A stretch of 32,000 nucleotides of DNA from Sedimentisphaera cyanobacteriorum. GTDB taxonomy: Bacteria; Planctomycetota; Phycisphaerae; Sedimentisphaerales; Sedimentisphaeraceae. This document shows, piece by piece, positions 12,347 through 20,792 of this stretch (the first letter of the stretch is position 1; the number at the start of each line of letters is the position of its first letter). The stretch spans positions 210,001 to 242,000 of the forward strand of contig NZ_CP019633.1 in NCBI RefSeq assembly GCF_001997385.1. The letters are read 5' to 3'. The translations under genes and the position numbers were made by a program. The notes under the pieces are model-generated. The model saw only the letters and a program-made list of their open reading frames with translations. It made no database searches and was not told where the DNA came from.

Positions 12347-14905
12347 GTGGAACTTTTATCCGGTTGCTCATTGCCCAAGTTTAAGGCTCTCAGTACTGCT
12401 CAAAAAATCATTTCGCTATTTTTGAGGAAGAAAAAATTGCGCCAATCTTTTATGTTTCTTTTCCTGATTAGTTTTGCTGTTCTCTCGGCAGGCAGCGCTG
12501 TGGGCGGGTCAGAACCTCGTTCAAGCTGGTCGGGTGTTTATCCGCATCTTGCATATTTCAATGATAACAGAGAATGCGGCACTGGTGCAGTTGTGCCTTG
12601 GGCTGATCGGCTCTGGGTTGTTACTTACGCCCCTCACAGCCCAAAAGGCTCGGAGGGTGAGAATCTTTATGAAATTGACAGTGATTTAAATCTTACTGCC
12701 CATCCTGAAAGCATTGGAGGCACGCCCGCCGCTCGTATGATTCATCGTGAGTCGAATCAGCTGTTCATTGGCCCTTATGTTGTTGATGATGAGCGTAATA
12801 TTAGAGTTATCCCTTACTCTAAGATGATGGGACGTCATACAGGGATTGCCCGGCATTTGTTTGAGCCTTCATCGAAAGTATATTATGCAACCATGGAAGA
12901 AGGGCTTTATGAAGTCAACGTTAATACTCTTGAAGTAAATTGTTTGATTAGAGACGGCAATTCGGGTGCTCCGAAAGAAGGGATTAAGAGTGATCTGCCC
13001 GGCTATCACGGAAAAGGATTTTATTTAGCTCAAGACCGGCTCGTTTATGCGAATAACGGACAAAAAGGCCCAAAGGCAAAAACCGACCCTACAATCCCCT
13101 CAGGTGCTTTGGCAGAGTGGTACGGGCAGGGGGACTGGCAGCTTGTTCGCAGAGATCAGTTTACTGAGGTAACAGGCCCAGGAGGGATCTACGGCAATCC
13201 TAACAGTTCCGACCAGCTGTGGTCAATTGGCTGGGATCAGCGTTCTTTAATTCTCGCTCTGCTTGATAAGGGGCAATGGAGCTTTTACCGTTTACCGAAA
13301 GCTTCTCATACCTATGACGGTGCGCACGGCTGGAATACCGAGTGGCCAAGAATTAGAGATATCGGTGAAGAATACTTGCTTATGAATATGCATGGAATGT
13401 TTTGGCAGTTTCCAAATAACTTTTCACGTGAAGACCGCAGCGGAATCAGGCCGATGTCAACTTATCTGATGGTGCTTGGTGATTTCGCTCAGTGGCGGGA
13501 CAGGGTTGTTTTAGGATGCAATGTTACTGCCAGAAGCGAGTTTTTGAATACTCTAAACGCTAAAGGGGATATGGCTTCGCCAGGCCAGTCTCAATCTAAT
13601 CTCAGGTTTATCGACAGCGGCCGTTTGGACAGTTTTGGAAAACCTATTGGCCGAGGTGCAGTGTGGCTGAATGATTCTGTTAAAAAAGGTCAAGCTTCTG
13701 ATCCATACCTGTTTGCCGGTTTTGACATGCGCAGCGTGCATTTGGCACATCAAAATGATAAGCCGGTTAGTTTTATATTCGAAGTGGACAAGCTTGGAGA
13801 TGGAAGCTGGGAGCATTTGAAAACTGTAACTGTAGATGCGGACGGTTATAAATGGGCAGCTTTCTCCCCTTCAGAAAAGGGCGAATGGATACGAGTACAT
13901 ACCAACAGGGACTGTTCACAGGCAACAGTATTCTTCCAGTACAGCAGCCATGAAAAACGCACAACCCAGCTTGATAAAATCTTCGACGGTATCGCTCGTC
14001 CCGGAAGTTCAGCTGTTTGCGGAGGTTATATTAGAGCAAGAGGGGAAAACAAAAAAACGCTTCAGTTTTCAGCTAAAACCAGAGAAAACGGAAAAGTTAA
14101 GAACGCAGGCTATTACGAGATGATGCTGGATAACAAAGATTCTATGAGCTTGCGCAGAGTTGATGATGAACAAGCCCATACCTTTATGCAGGAAAATATG
14201 GAAGTTCCTGAAGATGTTATAAGCGTAGATCAGGCCTCTTTGATATATGTTGACGAAAAGGGCAAGCGTTTTCGTCTTCCCAAAGGCGATGAGTCTTTTG
14301 ATAAAACCGGACCGGTTGGTTCAGAGCGTATTTCCCGTGAAGTTGTAACTGAAAGAGATCTGTTCAATGCTCACGGCACGTTCTATGAACTCCCGGCGAA
14401 AAACGCTGGCGGTTTTTCCAAAATACGTCCAGTTGCAACTCACAATCGCCGTATCGCAGATTACTGCAGCTGGCGAGGCCTTTTAATTCTTTCCGGCATT
14501 GCTGATAATGCCCCAGAGAGCAATAAACATATTATTCGTTCCGAGGACGGCAAGGCTGCCCTTTGGGTTGGCGCAGTTGATGACCTATGGGAGTTTGGCA
14601 AACCTGTCGGCAGGGGAGGCCCTTGGAAAGATACCCATGTAAAAGCTGGTGAGCCTTCAGATCAGTATCTGATGACAGGGTACGAGAATAAAACTCTGGA
14701 GCTCTCTCATAAAAGCGATAAACCGGTAGAGGTATGCATCGAAGTGGATATCGACGGACAGGGCACTTGGAAAACTTACCGTAAGATTCAAATTCCTGCT
14801 GACTGTACTGTTAAGCACCGCTTCCCTGAAGGTTTCAATGCCTATTGGGTGCGCACAACAGCCGATACCGAAACCGTTGCCACCGCCTATTTTATATATG
14901 AATGA
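12347..14905 (+). CDS. Conserved secreted protein of unknown function: N-terminal propeller-like region plus two copies of a ~100-aa beta-sandwich-like repeat. Candidate uncharacterised glycan-active enzyme.
   Basis: The ORF is open from 12332 (TTG). GTG 12347 has GAAAGGA 6 nt upstream. ATG 12452 (MFLFLISFAVLSAGSAVGG) is an alternative start. Internal repeats: FGKPIGRGAVWLNDSVKKGQASDPYLFAGF...DKPVSFIFEVDKLGDGSW (nt ~13630..13942) versus FGKPVGRGGPWKDTHVKAGEPSDQYLMTGY...DKPVEVCIEVDIDGQGTW (nt ~14593..14902). I recognise no named family. Confidence 0.8.
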   Translation: MELLSGCSLPKFKALSTAQKIISLFLRKKKLRQSFMFLFLISFAVLSAGSAVGGSEPRSSWSGVYPHLAYFNDNRECGTGAVVPWADRLWVVTYAPHSPKGSEGENLYEIDSDLNLTAHPESIGGTPAARMIHRESNQLFIGPYVVDDERNIRVIPYSKMMGRHTGIARHLFEPSSKVYYATMEEGLYEVNVNTLEVNCLIRDGNSGAPKEGIKSDLPGYHGKGFYLAQDRLVYANNGQKGPKAKTDPTIPSGALAEWYGQGDWQLVRRDQFTEVTGPGGIYGNPNSSDQLWSIGWDQRSLILALLDKGQWSFYRLPKASHTYDGAHGWNTEWPRIRDIGEEYLLMNMHGMFWQFPNNFSREDRSGIRPMSTYLMVLGDFAQWRDRVVLGCNVTARSEFLNTLNAKGDMASPGQSQSNLRFIDSGRLDSFGKPIGRGAVWLNDSVKKGQASDPYLFAGFDMRSVHLAHQNDKPVSFIFEVDKLGDGSWEHLKTVTVDADGYKWAAFSPSEKGEWIRVHTNRDCSQATVFFQYSSHEKRTTQLDKIFDGIARPGSSAVCGGYIRARGENKKTLQFSAKTRENGKVKNAGYYEMMLDNKDSMSLRRVDDEQAHTFMQENMEVPEDVISVDQASLIYVDEKGKRFRLPKGDESFDKTGPVGSERISREVVTERDLFNAHGTFYELPAKNAGGFSKIRPVATHNRRIADYCSWRGLLILSGIADNAPESNKHIIRSEDGKAALWVGAVDDLWEFGKPVGRGGPWKDTHVKAGEPSDQYLMTGYENKTLELSHKSDKPVEVCIEVDIDGQGTWKTYRKIQIPADCTVKHRFPEGFNAYWVRTTADTETVATAYFIYE

Positions 14906-14917
14906 TGCAGTTTTATT

Positions 14918-17704
14918 ATGATGATAAAAAGCGTGATTAGGATTTCAGAATTGGTTGCATTTCTCGCAGTGATACTGTTTTTGAGCAGTTCGGCTCTATC
15001 TGCTGAGAATGTGTTTACTTATGATTTTACAGAGCTTGATGCGGAGGTTTCCAAAGGTGTCTCTTTGGAAGTTCGCAAAGATTCTGCGAAATGGTATGGC
15101 CGTGAGCAAGGTTACCAGCATGCATATCTTAGTGAAAAGAAGCAGTTCGTTGAATTTGCTGTTAATGTTCCTGAACCCGGGATGTATGCCCTGAAGGTAA
15201 AGCAGCTCAATCAACCTGATAACGGCATCTATCAGCTGCTTTTGGGCAGTGAAAATGATGGATTTGCTTTGGCTGGCGGCGGCCTGAAGATCGATCAGGC
15301 CGATCTCTGCGGAGAATACAGTTTTAGAAATGTCAATTTGGGCGTGCATCGTTTTCAGACAGCCGGCCTTAAAAAATTCAGGTTTAAGACTGTAGGCAAA
15401 AATAAAGACTCCAAAAGTTACAATCTCTCCTTCTCTGAACTGACTCTCATGAAAATCCTGCCGCTTGAGGTTTCTGATTTCTCAGATATGGAGTATGTGA
15501 GCGATGTTAATTCACAAGACGGCTTCTATTATCGAATAAAATCTGACGCCCCGGGTGAAGTTGTGAAGTATCCTGTTAAGGCAGAAAAGGAAGGTTTTTA
15601 TGCAATCGTAATACGAAACGTATTAAGCCCTGCGGGTGCTGAATACAAAGTGTCTTTTGATAATAAAAATTTAGGCAGCAAGATTGATTCCTTCAATCCT
15701 GATTTGCAGTATTCAATGTTTACAGCTGGCGTTATAGAAGTTGATTCCCCGGGTGAGCATATTGTAGAATTAAAAATCACAGGGAAGAATTCGATAAGTT
15801 CCGGCTACTCGTTAAATTTTGACACAATACGCTTGGTTGACCCGGATATTATCGTAACATCCGGGTGGGGTGTTAATTCAAGCAGGGTTAAAGGGTGGTG
15901 GCCGAAATCGACTTATGCAGATAATTACTACGGGAGATTCTACCGTTATTCAAGGGCGGGTCATACCCGTTTCTACCGTAATTTGAAACCCTCCGATGAG
16001 CCGGAAATAATAGCATGGTGGCCCTGGCAGCCTGATTTTCAAGGTTTTCTTGCTTCTGGATGGTATAATGTTTATTACTGGCTTCCCGACGGCGACCCTG
16101 ACCGTGCATCAAATGCGAAATATACCGTGCATCATATTTCCGGCCAAACAACCTACACCGTTGACCAGCGAAAGACAGGCGGAGAATGGAAACTGCTGGG
16201 CAGCCATTTCTTTGAGAAGGGGCGGGCAGGGCGTTCAGGGTATGTGGAGCTTTCGAACGATGCAGATGGTGTGGTTATTGCCGATTCGATCAAATATGAG
16301 TATGCTGAAAAACAGGGTTTAGAGCCGAAATCGCAATCTCTGCAAGATGCAGAGTCTGGTTCATACACAGTTCAGTTAGCTCAAGAGAAGCAAACCGTCT
16401 GGGGACTTGGCGTGGAGATCCAGCCGGAAGCCGAAAGGAGAGGCGGAATTAACCGCAGCAAGGGCATCCCGGGCGATTTAACCGAATCGGAGCGAAAGAG
16501 ATTCTATAATGAACTGCTCGGATTCGGCCATGGGTTCCGATATATGAGGCTTCCTATGGGGCTATTTTATACCGGGCTGGATGATGAGAAAAAGCAGTTT
16601 CAGCAGAATTGGAGCTCTCAGAACGAGCAGCTGGCAGAAATGATACAAGAATCCGGTATTGAAGGCTTTAATTTTGAATACTGGTCGCCAGCTCCGTATT
16701 TCAAATCTAACAATAGGTTTGTTGGCGGTTCTCTGAAAAAATTTGATGAAAAATTTTTGACTGAATTTGGCAATTCAATTGTTAAAGATTTAAAATATGT
16801 TCAGGAAAATATCGCACCTGTCAAAATGTTTTCTTTGCAGAATGAACCAACCGTTGGCGAAGCCGGCTACGGCTGCTGCGAGTATAGCGGGCAAGAATAC
16901 TGCGATACGTTTCGAGCAGTCGCGCCGATTGTTAAGAATGAATTTCCTGAGCTTTTTATACACGCCGACAGTCAGGCCGGCCAGTACGGCAAAGGCTCGA
17001 TACTTATTCGAGATGATTCCAAGGCGATTGAATATGTGGATGGCTGGTCTTGGCATCGTGTCGGGAAAAATTCTGATGAACAGATCAAGTACAGCGATTC
17101 GAAATTTAAGAAAGATACACAAGGCAGGCCTGTGCTGAACGTGGAATTTGAATATCTTGATGGTGCAGGTTCTCAGTGGCGATTTGTAAATACTGCTCAG
17201 TCTATTATGAATTGGTTTGCATTTAATGAGTCTCCTGCATGGTTCTGGCTGCACGCTCTAAAACCTACTGATACTCTTATAGGTGAAAGGTTTGGGCTTG
17301 GTTTTTGGCGGCCTTCAAGCGATAATGATTTTACCCGTTATGTTGACATCAAAAAGAATCACTGGCAGTACAATTGGTATCACTGGAACGCTATTGCCGG
17401 ATTCTTGAAGTATATGCCGTGGGATTCAGTTATTTGCCGTGTAGATGAAGACCAGACCCGAAAAAATCAGCGAATTCTGGCTTGGAAAACGCCTGAGGGC
17501 AAGTTGGTTCTTGCTTTAACCAATCGCTCTTGTGACGCACCTTTTAAATTCAATCTTGATGTCGGGGTTGATGCTGAATTTAAAGGATATCGCTATACTT
17601 CTCAAACCAGAAATAATATTGGAAAGTACGCAGGAATAAGACGGGGGCGGGAGTTTTCAAGGGAATTAAAGCCTTTTACTGTTGAGTTTTGGGTGCAGCA
17701 GTAA
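14918..17704 (+). CDS. Secreted GH30-like (clan GH-A) glycoside hydrolase with two N-terminal beta-sandwich repeats and a golvesin-C-like domain. Paralog of the C-terminal half of the 98..5857 gene.
   Basis: 928-aa ORF beginning 12 nt after the previous stop, with a signal-peptide-like N-terminus (LVAFLAVILFLSSSALSA). It shares blocks with gene 1: FRYMRLPMGLFYTGLD, IEGFNFEYWSPAPYFKSNN, MFSLQNEP (nt 16838..16849), VDGWSWH, a retained Glu in LNVEFEY, and the C-terminus EFWVQQ. Confidence 0.87.
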   Translation: MMIKSVIRISELVAFLAVILFLSSSALSAENVFTYDFTELDAEVSKGVSLEVRKDSAKWYGREQGYQHAYLSEKKQFVEFAVNVPEPGMYALKVKQLNQPDNGIYQLLLGSENDGFALAGGGLKIDQADLCGEYSFRNVNLGVHRFQTAGLKKFRFKTVGKNKDSKSYNLSFSELTLMKILPLEVSDFSDMEYVSDVNSQDGFYYRIKSDAPGEVVKYPVKAEKEGFYAIVIRNVLSPAGAEYKVSFDNKNLGSKIDSFNPDLQYSMFTAGVIEVDSPGEHIVELKITGKNSISSGYSLNFDTIRLVDPDIIVTSGWGVNSSRVKGWWPKSTYADNYYGRFYRYSRAGHTRFYRNLKPSDEPEIIAWWPWQPDFQGFLASGWYNVYYWLPDGDPDRASNAKYTVHHISGQTTYTVDQRKTGGEWKLLGSHFFEKGRAGRSGYVELSNDADGVVIADSIKYEYAEKQGLEPKSQSLQDAESGSYTVQLAQEKQTVWGLGVEIQPEAERRGGINRSKGIPGDLTESERKRFYNELLGFGHGFRYMRLPMGLFYTGLDDEKKQFQQNWSSQNEQLAEMIQESGIEGFNFEYWSPAPYFKSNNRFVGGSLKKFDEKFLTEFGNSIVKDLKYVQENIAPVKMFSLQNEPTVGEAGYGCCEYSGQEYCDTFRAVAPIVKNEFPELFIHADSQAGQYGKGSILIRDDSKAIEYVDGWSWHRVGKNSDEQIKYSDSKFKKDTQGRPVLNVEFEYLDGAGSQWRFVNTAQSIMNWFAFNESPAWFWLHALKPTDTLIGERFGLGFWRPSSDNDFTRYVDIKKNHWQYNWYHWNAIAGFLKYMPWDSVICRVDEDQTRKNQRILAWKTPEGKLVLALTNRSCDAPFKFNLDVGVDAEFKGYRYTSQTRNNIGKYAGIRRGREFSRELKPFTVEFWVQQ
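15839..17704 (+). repeat. Paralogous block copy 2 (golvesin-C-like plus GH30-like unit). Partner at 3986..5857.
   Basis: See copy 1. The two are collinear, of similar length (1866 versus 1872 nt), with no indels obvious by eye in the catalytic part. Confidence 0.9.
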
Positions 17705-17782
17705 AAAGTTTAAACAATAACTTACAGACAACTATTGAACAAAATGCTAATGCTTGTCAGGTAAAGTAGTGGCTAGTACTGG

Positions 17783-18097
17783 TTAATTCCCCTTTTTTTT
17801 AAGCTCACCCTCGGTTTCTCTGAGCTCAGGTGCATAGCGTTCAATTATACGGGGCGCCGCAGCGTGCGACCATTTGCCAGCTCGAGCGGGGAAACCGTTC
17901 TCATTCAGTCAGCAAGCTGTCTCACTCCAGCCTTCGCCTTGTTTCCTTTGCTGAATGGTCTGTCCTCAAAGGAGTTCTACGATTTAATTCGTAAAAGTTT
18001 AGAACGATGCTATTGCTTCAATATTTTTCTGAGCCTCTAAAGCCGTTTGCCGCAGCTCGTTAATTTGCCGGTTGAAGTTTGTGTTTGTGTATTCCAT
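17783..18097 (-). pseudogene. Decayed small gene whose C-terminal fragment resembles the LNxxGxPxxxGxxWS...RI HTH segment of serine-recombinase (Recombinase-domain) proteins.
   Basis: The minus-strand reading breaks into three frames: MEYTNTNFNRQINELRQTALEAQKNIEAIASF* (18097..17999), then ...NSFEDRPFSKGNKAKAGVRQLAD*, then LNENGFPARAGKWSHAAAPRIIERYAPELRETEGELKKKGN* (17908..17783). Restoring one nt at gctga-ctgaat would join RQLA(D/E) to LNENGF. The segment is visibly GC-richer than its AT-rich surroundings. Confidence 0.35.
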
Positions 18098-18435
18098 CCA
18101 CGTGCTCTCACACACTTATTCAAGGCTTTTGCAATTTAACCACAAACTTTGGGACGTTGTCAGCTTTTTTAGAGTCTTCGATGTTTGTTAAATTTAACAC
18201 GAAAATATTTAGTGTTTGTAAGTCTGTGTTAAATAATGATTTAAATCTGTTTTCAAGCAGCTTTTTATTCTTTTTTAAAAAAAAATCATACTAAACTGCT
18301 CTGTGAAATTCATAGATTCATATAAGCATAATGTGCTGAAGGTTTTAAATATAAAGTCTTATGCGAAATTAATCATTTTAAGAGTGATTAGAAAATGCAG
18401 TGTAGTTAATTTTATTTTTTGAAGGAGATTTAATC

Positions 18436-19272
18436 ATGAAGAAATCAGTTTTGTTTGCAATCTTTTTAGTATTTGCAGCGGGTGCAGCAAAAGCCGCATT
18501 TAATGCTGTAGGAGTGTATGACGAACAGGATGTTCAGTCTAATCAAGTTGATTACGACATGGGTTATTCGAGCAACAGCTCATGGACAACAGGTATTGGC
18601 CAGACACTTGGTGATAATCAGATTTTAACTCTCCAAGAGTTTAAGCCTATGGTTGAACAAGCCTTTACGAACGGCCGCGGCGGAGTTGTTGACTTCGAAC
18701 ACCAGGGTACAATAGACGATGCTTCATCATTTGATGTCAAATTTGACGGGGGCAACAAGCAATTTACGGTAACCGCAACTGGAAATAGCGGCGCAGCCGG
18801 CACATTCAAGTTTGACGAGACCGGCGGTGACAGAACACCAATATCAGGTGCCGACAGGCTTCAGGGAAATAGTCAGTCCCTTGATTTTGACTTTAGTGAT
18901 TATATTGGTATGGAATCAGACGAAAGAATAAAGGCCATCGGCTGGACAATCCTCGGCCGAAGCAATTCGTCGGGCTCCGCTAACTGGCGGGTGATTGCTC
19001 GTTATACTAACGGCACAGATACCGGCAGCAGCAGTACCTTCCGCACGATAAATATGTCCAGCGGGGATACTACCCATGATAGTTTCTCGGGGATTGCTGC
19101 ACCTGATGGTTACTGGATTACTGGTATGAGGATAAACAGCGACCAGGGCGCTTGGTCAGCTCATGATGATTTTGGATTTGTAACAGTTCCCGAGCCCGCA
19201 ACTCTAGCGATATTTGGTCTTGGCGGCTGCATTGTTTCTCTAAATAAACGCAAACGCAGAAACGGCAGATAA
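18436..19272 (+). CDS. PEP-CTERM-anchored surface protein made of a signal peptide, one copy of an unrecognised ~230-aa module, and a PEP-CTERM sorting signal.
   Basis: 278-aa ORF with a strong SD GAAGGAG (18421..18427). The signal peptide is MKKSVLFAIFLVFAAGAAKA. The C-terminus VPEPATLAIFGLGGCIVSLNKRKRRNGR has the PEP motif, a TM helix and an Arg-rich tail, which is the canonical exosortase substrate signature. Confidence 0.9.
   Translation: MKKSVLFAIFLVFAAGAAKAAFNAVGVYDEQDVQSNQVDYDMGYSSNSSWTTGIGQTLGDNQILTLQEFKPMVEQAFTNGRGGVVDFEHQGTIDDASSFDVKFDGGNKQFTVTATGNSGAAGTFKFDETGGDRTPISGADRLQGNSQSLDFDFSDYIGMESDERIKAIGWTILGRSNSSGSANWRVIARYTNGTDTGSSSTFRTINMSSGDTTHDSFSGIAAPDGYWITGMRINSDQGAWSAHDDFGFVTVPEPATLAIFGLGGCIVSLNKRKRRNGR
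18496..19185 (+). repeat. Unrecognised ~230-aa module, copy A (most divergent).
   Basis: It shares these blocks with copies B and C: AVGVYDEQ.VQ.NQVDY, NSSWTTGIGQ.LG, FDGG.KQFTV.ATGNSGA, GG.RTPISG..RLQGN, F.FSD..GM, WRVIA.YTNG.D.GS, INMSSGDT..DSFSGI.AP.GYWIT. Confidence 0.85.
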
Positions 19273-19300
19273 TATTTTAAGGTTTAACAGATAGTAATAT

Positions 19301-20761
19301 ATGATGTCAAAGAGAATGAGCCGCAGACAGTTTTTGAGCTTGACAGCGATAGCTGGTACTGGCGCAGGCTTTCTTTGGGGATTATCTTCAGAGGCGAATT
19401 CTTCTGCTAATAAAAAGCCTAATATCATCTTTGTTATGCTGGATGATATGGGCTATGGTGATTTAAGCTTGTATGGGCAAAAACGGATTCGAATGCCAAA
19501 TATTGAACAGATGGCCAGAGAAGGAATCCGGTTTACTCAGGTTTATTCCGGCGCAACGATATGTGCTCCCGCACGCAGCACTCTAATGACCGGCCAGCAT
19601 ACAGGCCGCACCACAGTTCGAGGCAACTGGGGTGATCTCAAGCAAGGCGCAGTGCCCTGCAGCGGCGGCTCTGGGCCGCGAGTACCGCTGAAGGATGACG
19701 ATGTTACAATCGCAGAAGTACTCAAGGATGCCGGCTATGCAACCGGCATTACTGGAAAATGGGGGTTAGGCGAGCCTGATACTTCAGGCCTGCCTAACCG
19801 GCAGGGCTTTGATGAATGGTTTGGGTATCTCAATCAGCATCTTGCTCATTCACACTACCCTGAATATTTATGGGATAACCGGAAAAAGAAAAAGCTTAAA
19901 GGCAATACTGGCACAACAAAAAACTTTGCAAATCAATCACATTACAGCCACGACCTTTTCACTGATTTTGCAATGGATTTTATTAAGCGGCGCGGGGCTG
20001 GCGAAGCGCCCTTTTTCCTCTATGTACCTTATTGCCTGCCCCATGATTCCTTTCAAAACCCTGAAATCGAATCATATGCTTATGAAGCTGGCTGGTCTAA
20101 AAAGGAAAAAGTTTACGCTTCGATGCTAACCCGTGCGGACAGGGATATGGGAAAAATGTTTTCTCTGCTTACAGAGATGGATATTGATAAGGATACTATT
20201 GTTTTTTTCTGTTCAGATAACGGCGCAGCTAATCGCTATGAGGGCACTTTCAACAGTTCCGGAAAGCTGCGCGGGAAAAAACGCAGTATGTATGACGGGG
20301 GCTTGCGTACTGTAATGGTATTAAGGTGGCCAGGCCGTATCAAAGCGGGTGCTGTGAGCGATGATATTTGGTATTTCCCGGATGTATTGCCTACCTGCGC
20401 AGAGCTGGCCGGGGTTGCACCGCCTGGGAATATAGACGGGGTAAGTGTTCTTCCAAGCATCTTGTCTCAGCCGCAGCCGCAGCTCTACAGTCGACCGCTG
20501 TATTGGGAAGACCATGAAAGAGGTTTTCGCTGTGCAGCGAGAAAGGGTAACTGGAAATTTGTCTGCAATGATGTGGATAAGCCTCCCGAGGTTTACAATC
20601 TCTCAGATGATATTGGTGAGGAAGAAAACCTTGCTGAATCGAATCCTGAGCTTGTTAAATGGTTCTGGGATTTTGTTAAAGAATCACATAAGCCATCAGC
20701 AAATTGGCCTGTCCCACGGTTAGATAAAGGTGAGGGTGAAATTTCAAATCGAGTTTTATAA
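19301..20761 (+). CDS. Cys-type (formylglycine-dependent) sulfatase, arylsulfatase A / GalNAc-6-sulfatase-like, with twin-arginine (Tat) signal.
   Basis: 486-aa ORF. SRRQFLSLTAIAGTGAG is a Tat motif. PNIIFVMLDDMGYGD and the sulfatase signature ICAPARSTLMTGQHTGR (C-x-P-x-R) are present, as are GKWGLG and FFCSDNGA. The start could be ATG 19301, 19304 or 19316. Confidence 0.93.
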   Translation: MMSKRMSRRQFLSLTAIAGTGAGFLWGLSSEANSSANKKPNIIFVMLDDMGYGDLSLYGQKRIRMPNIEQMAREGIRFTQVYSGATICAPARSTLMTGQHTGRTTVRGNWGDLKQGAVPCSGGSGPRVPLKDDDVTIAEVLKDAGYATGITGKWGLGEPDTSGLPNRQGFDEWFGYLNQHLAHSHYPEYLWDNRKKKKLKGNTGTTKNFANQSHYSHDLFTDFAMDFIKRRGAGEAPFFLYVPYCLPHDSFQNPEIESYAYEAGWSKKEKVYASMLTRADRDMGKMFSLLTEMDIDKDTIVFFCSDNGAANRYEGTFNSSGKLRGKKRSMYDGGLRTVMVLRWPGRIKAGAVSDDIWYFPDVLPTCAELAGVAPPGNIDGVSVLPSILSQPQPQLYSRPLYWEDHERGFRCAARKGNWKFVCNDVDKPPEVYNLSDDIGEEENLAESNPELVKWFWDFVKESHKPSANWPVPRLDKGEGEISNRVL

Positions 20762-20792
20762 TGTTTAATTAATATTTTGAGGAGCTATTACA

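Noticed and set aside
17761-17830. Possible terminator for the GH30-like gene: a T8 run at 17793..17800 and the hairpin AGCTCA-N13-TGAGCT at about 17802..17826.
   Set aside because: The T-run is not preceded by a stable stem. The 6-bp stem with a 13-nt loop follows the T-run rather than preceding it. On the minus strand the run simply encodes Lys-Lys-Lys of the remnant.
18079-18294. 71-aa + strand ORF in the large intergenic gap.
   Set aside because: It is AT-rich and low-complexity (it ends SSSFLFFFKKKSY), has no SD and no recognisable motif. It overlaps the start of the minus-strand remnant.
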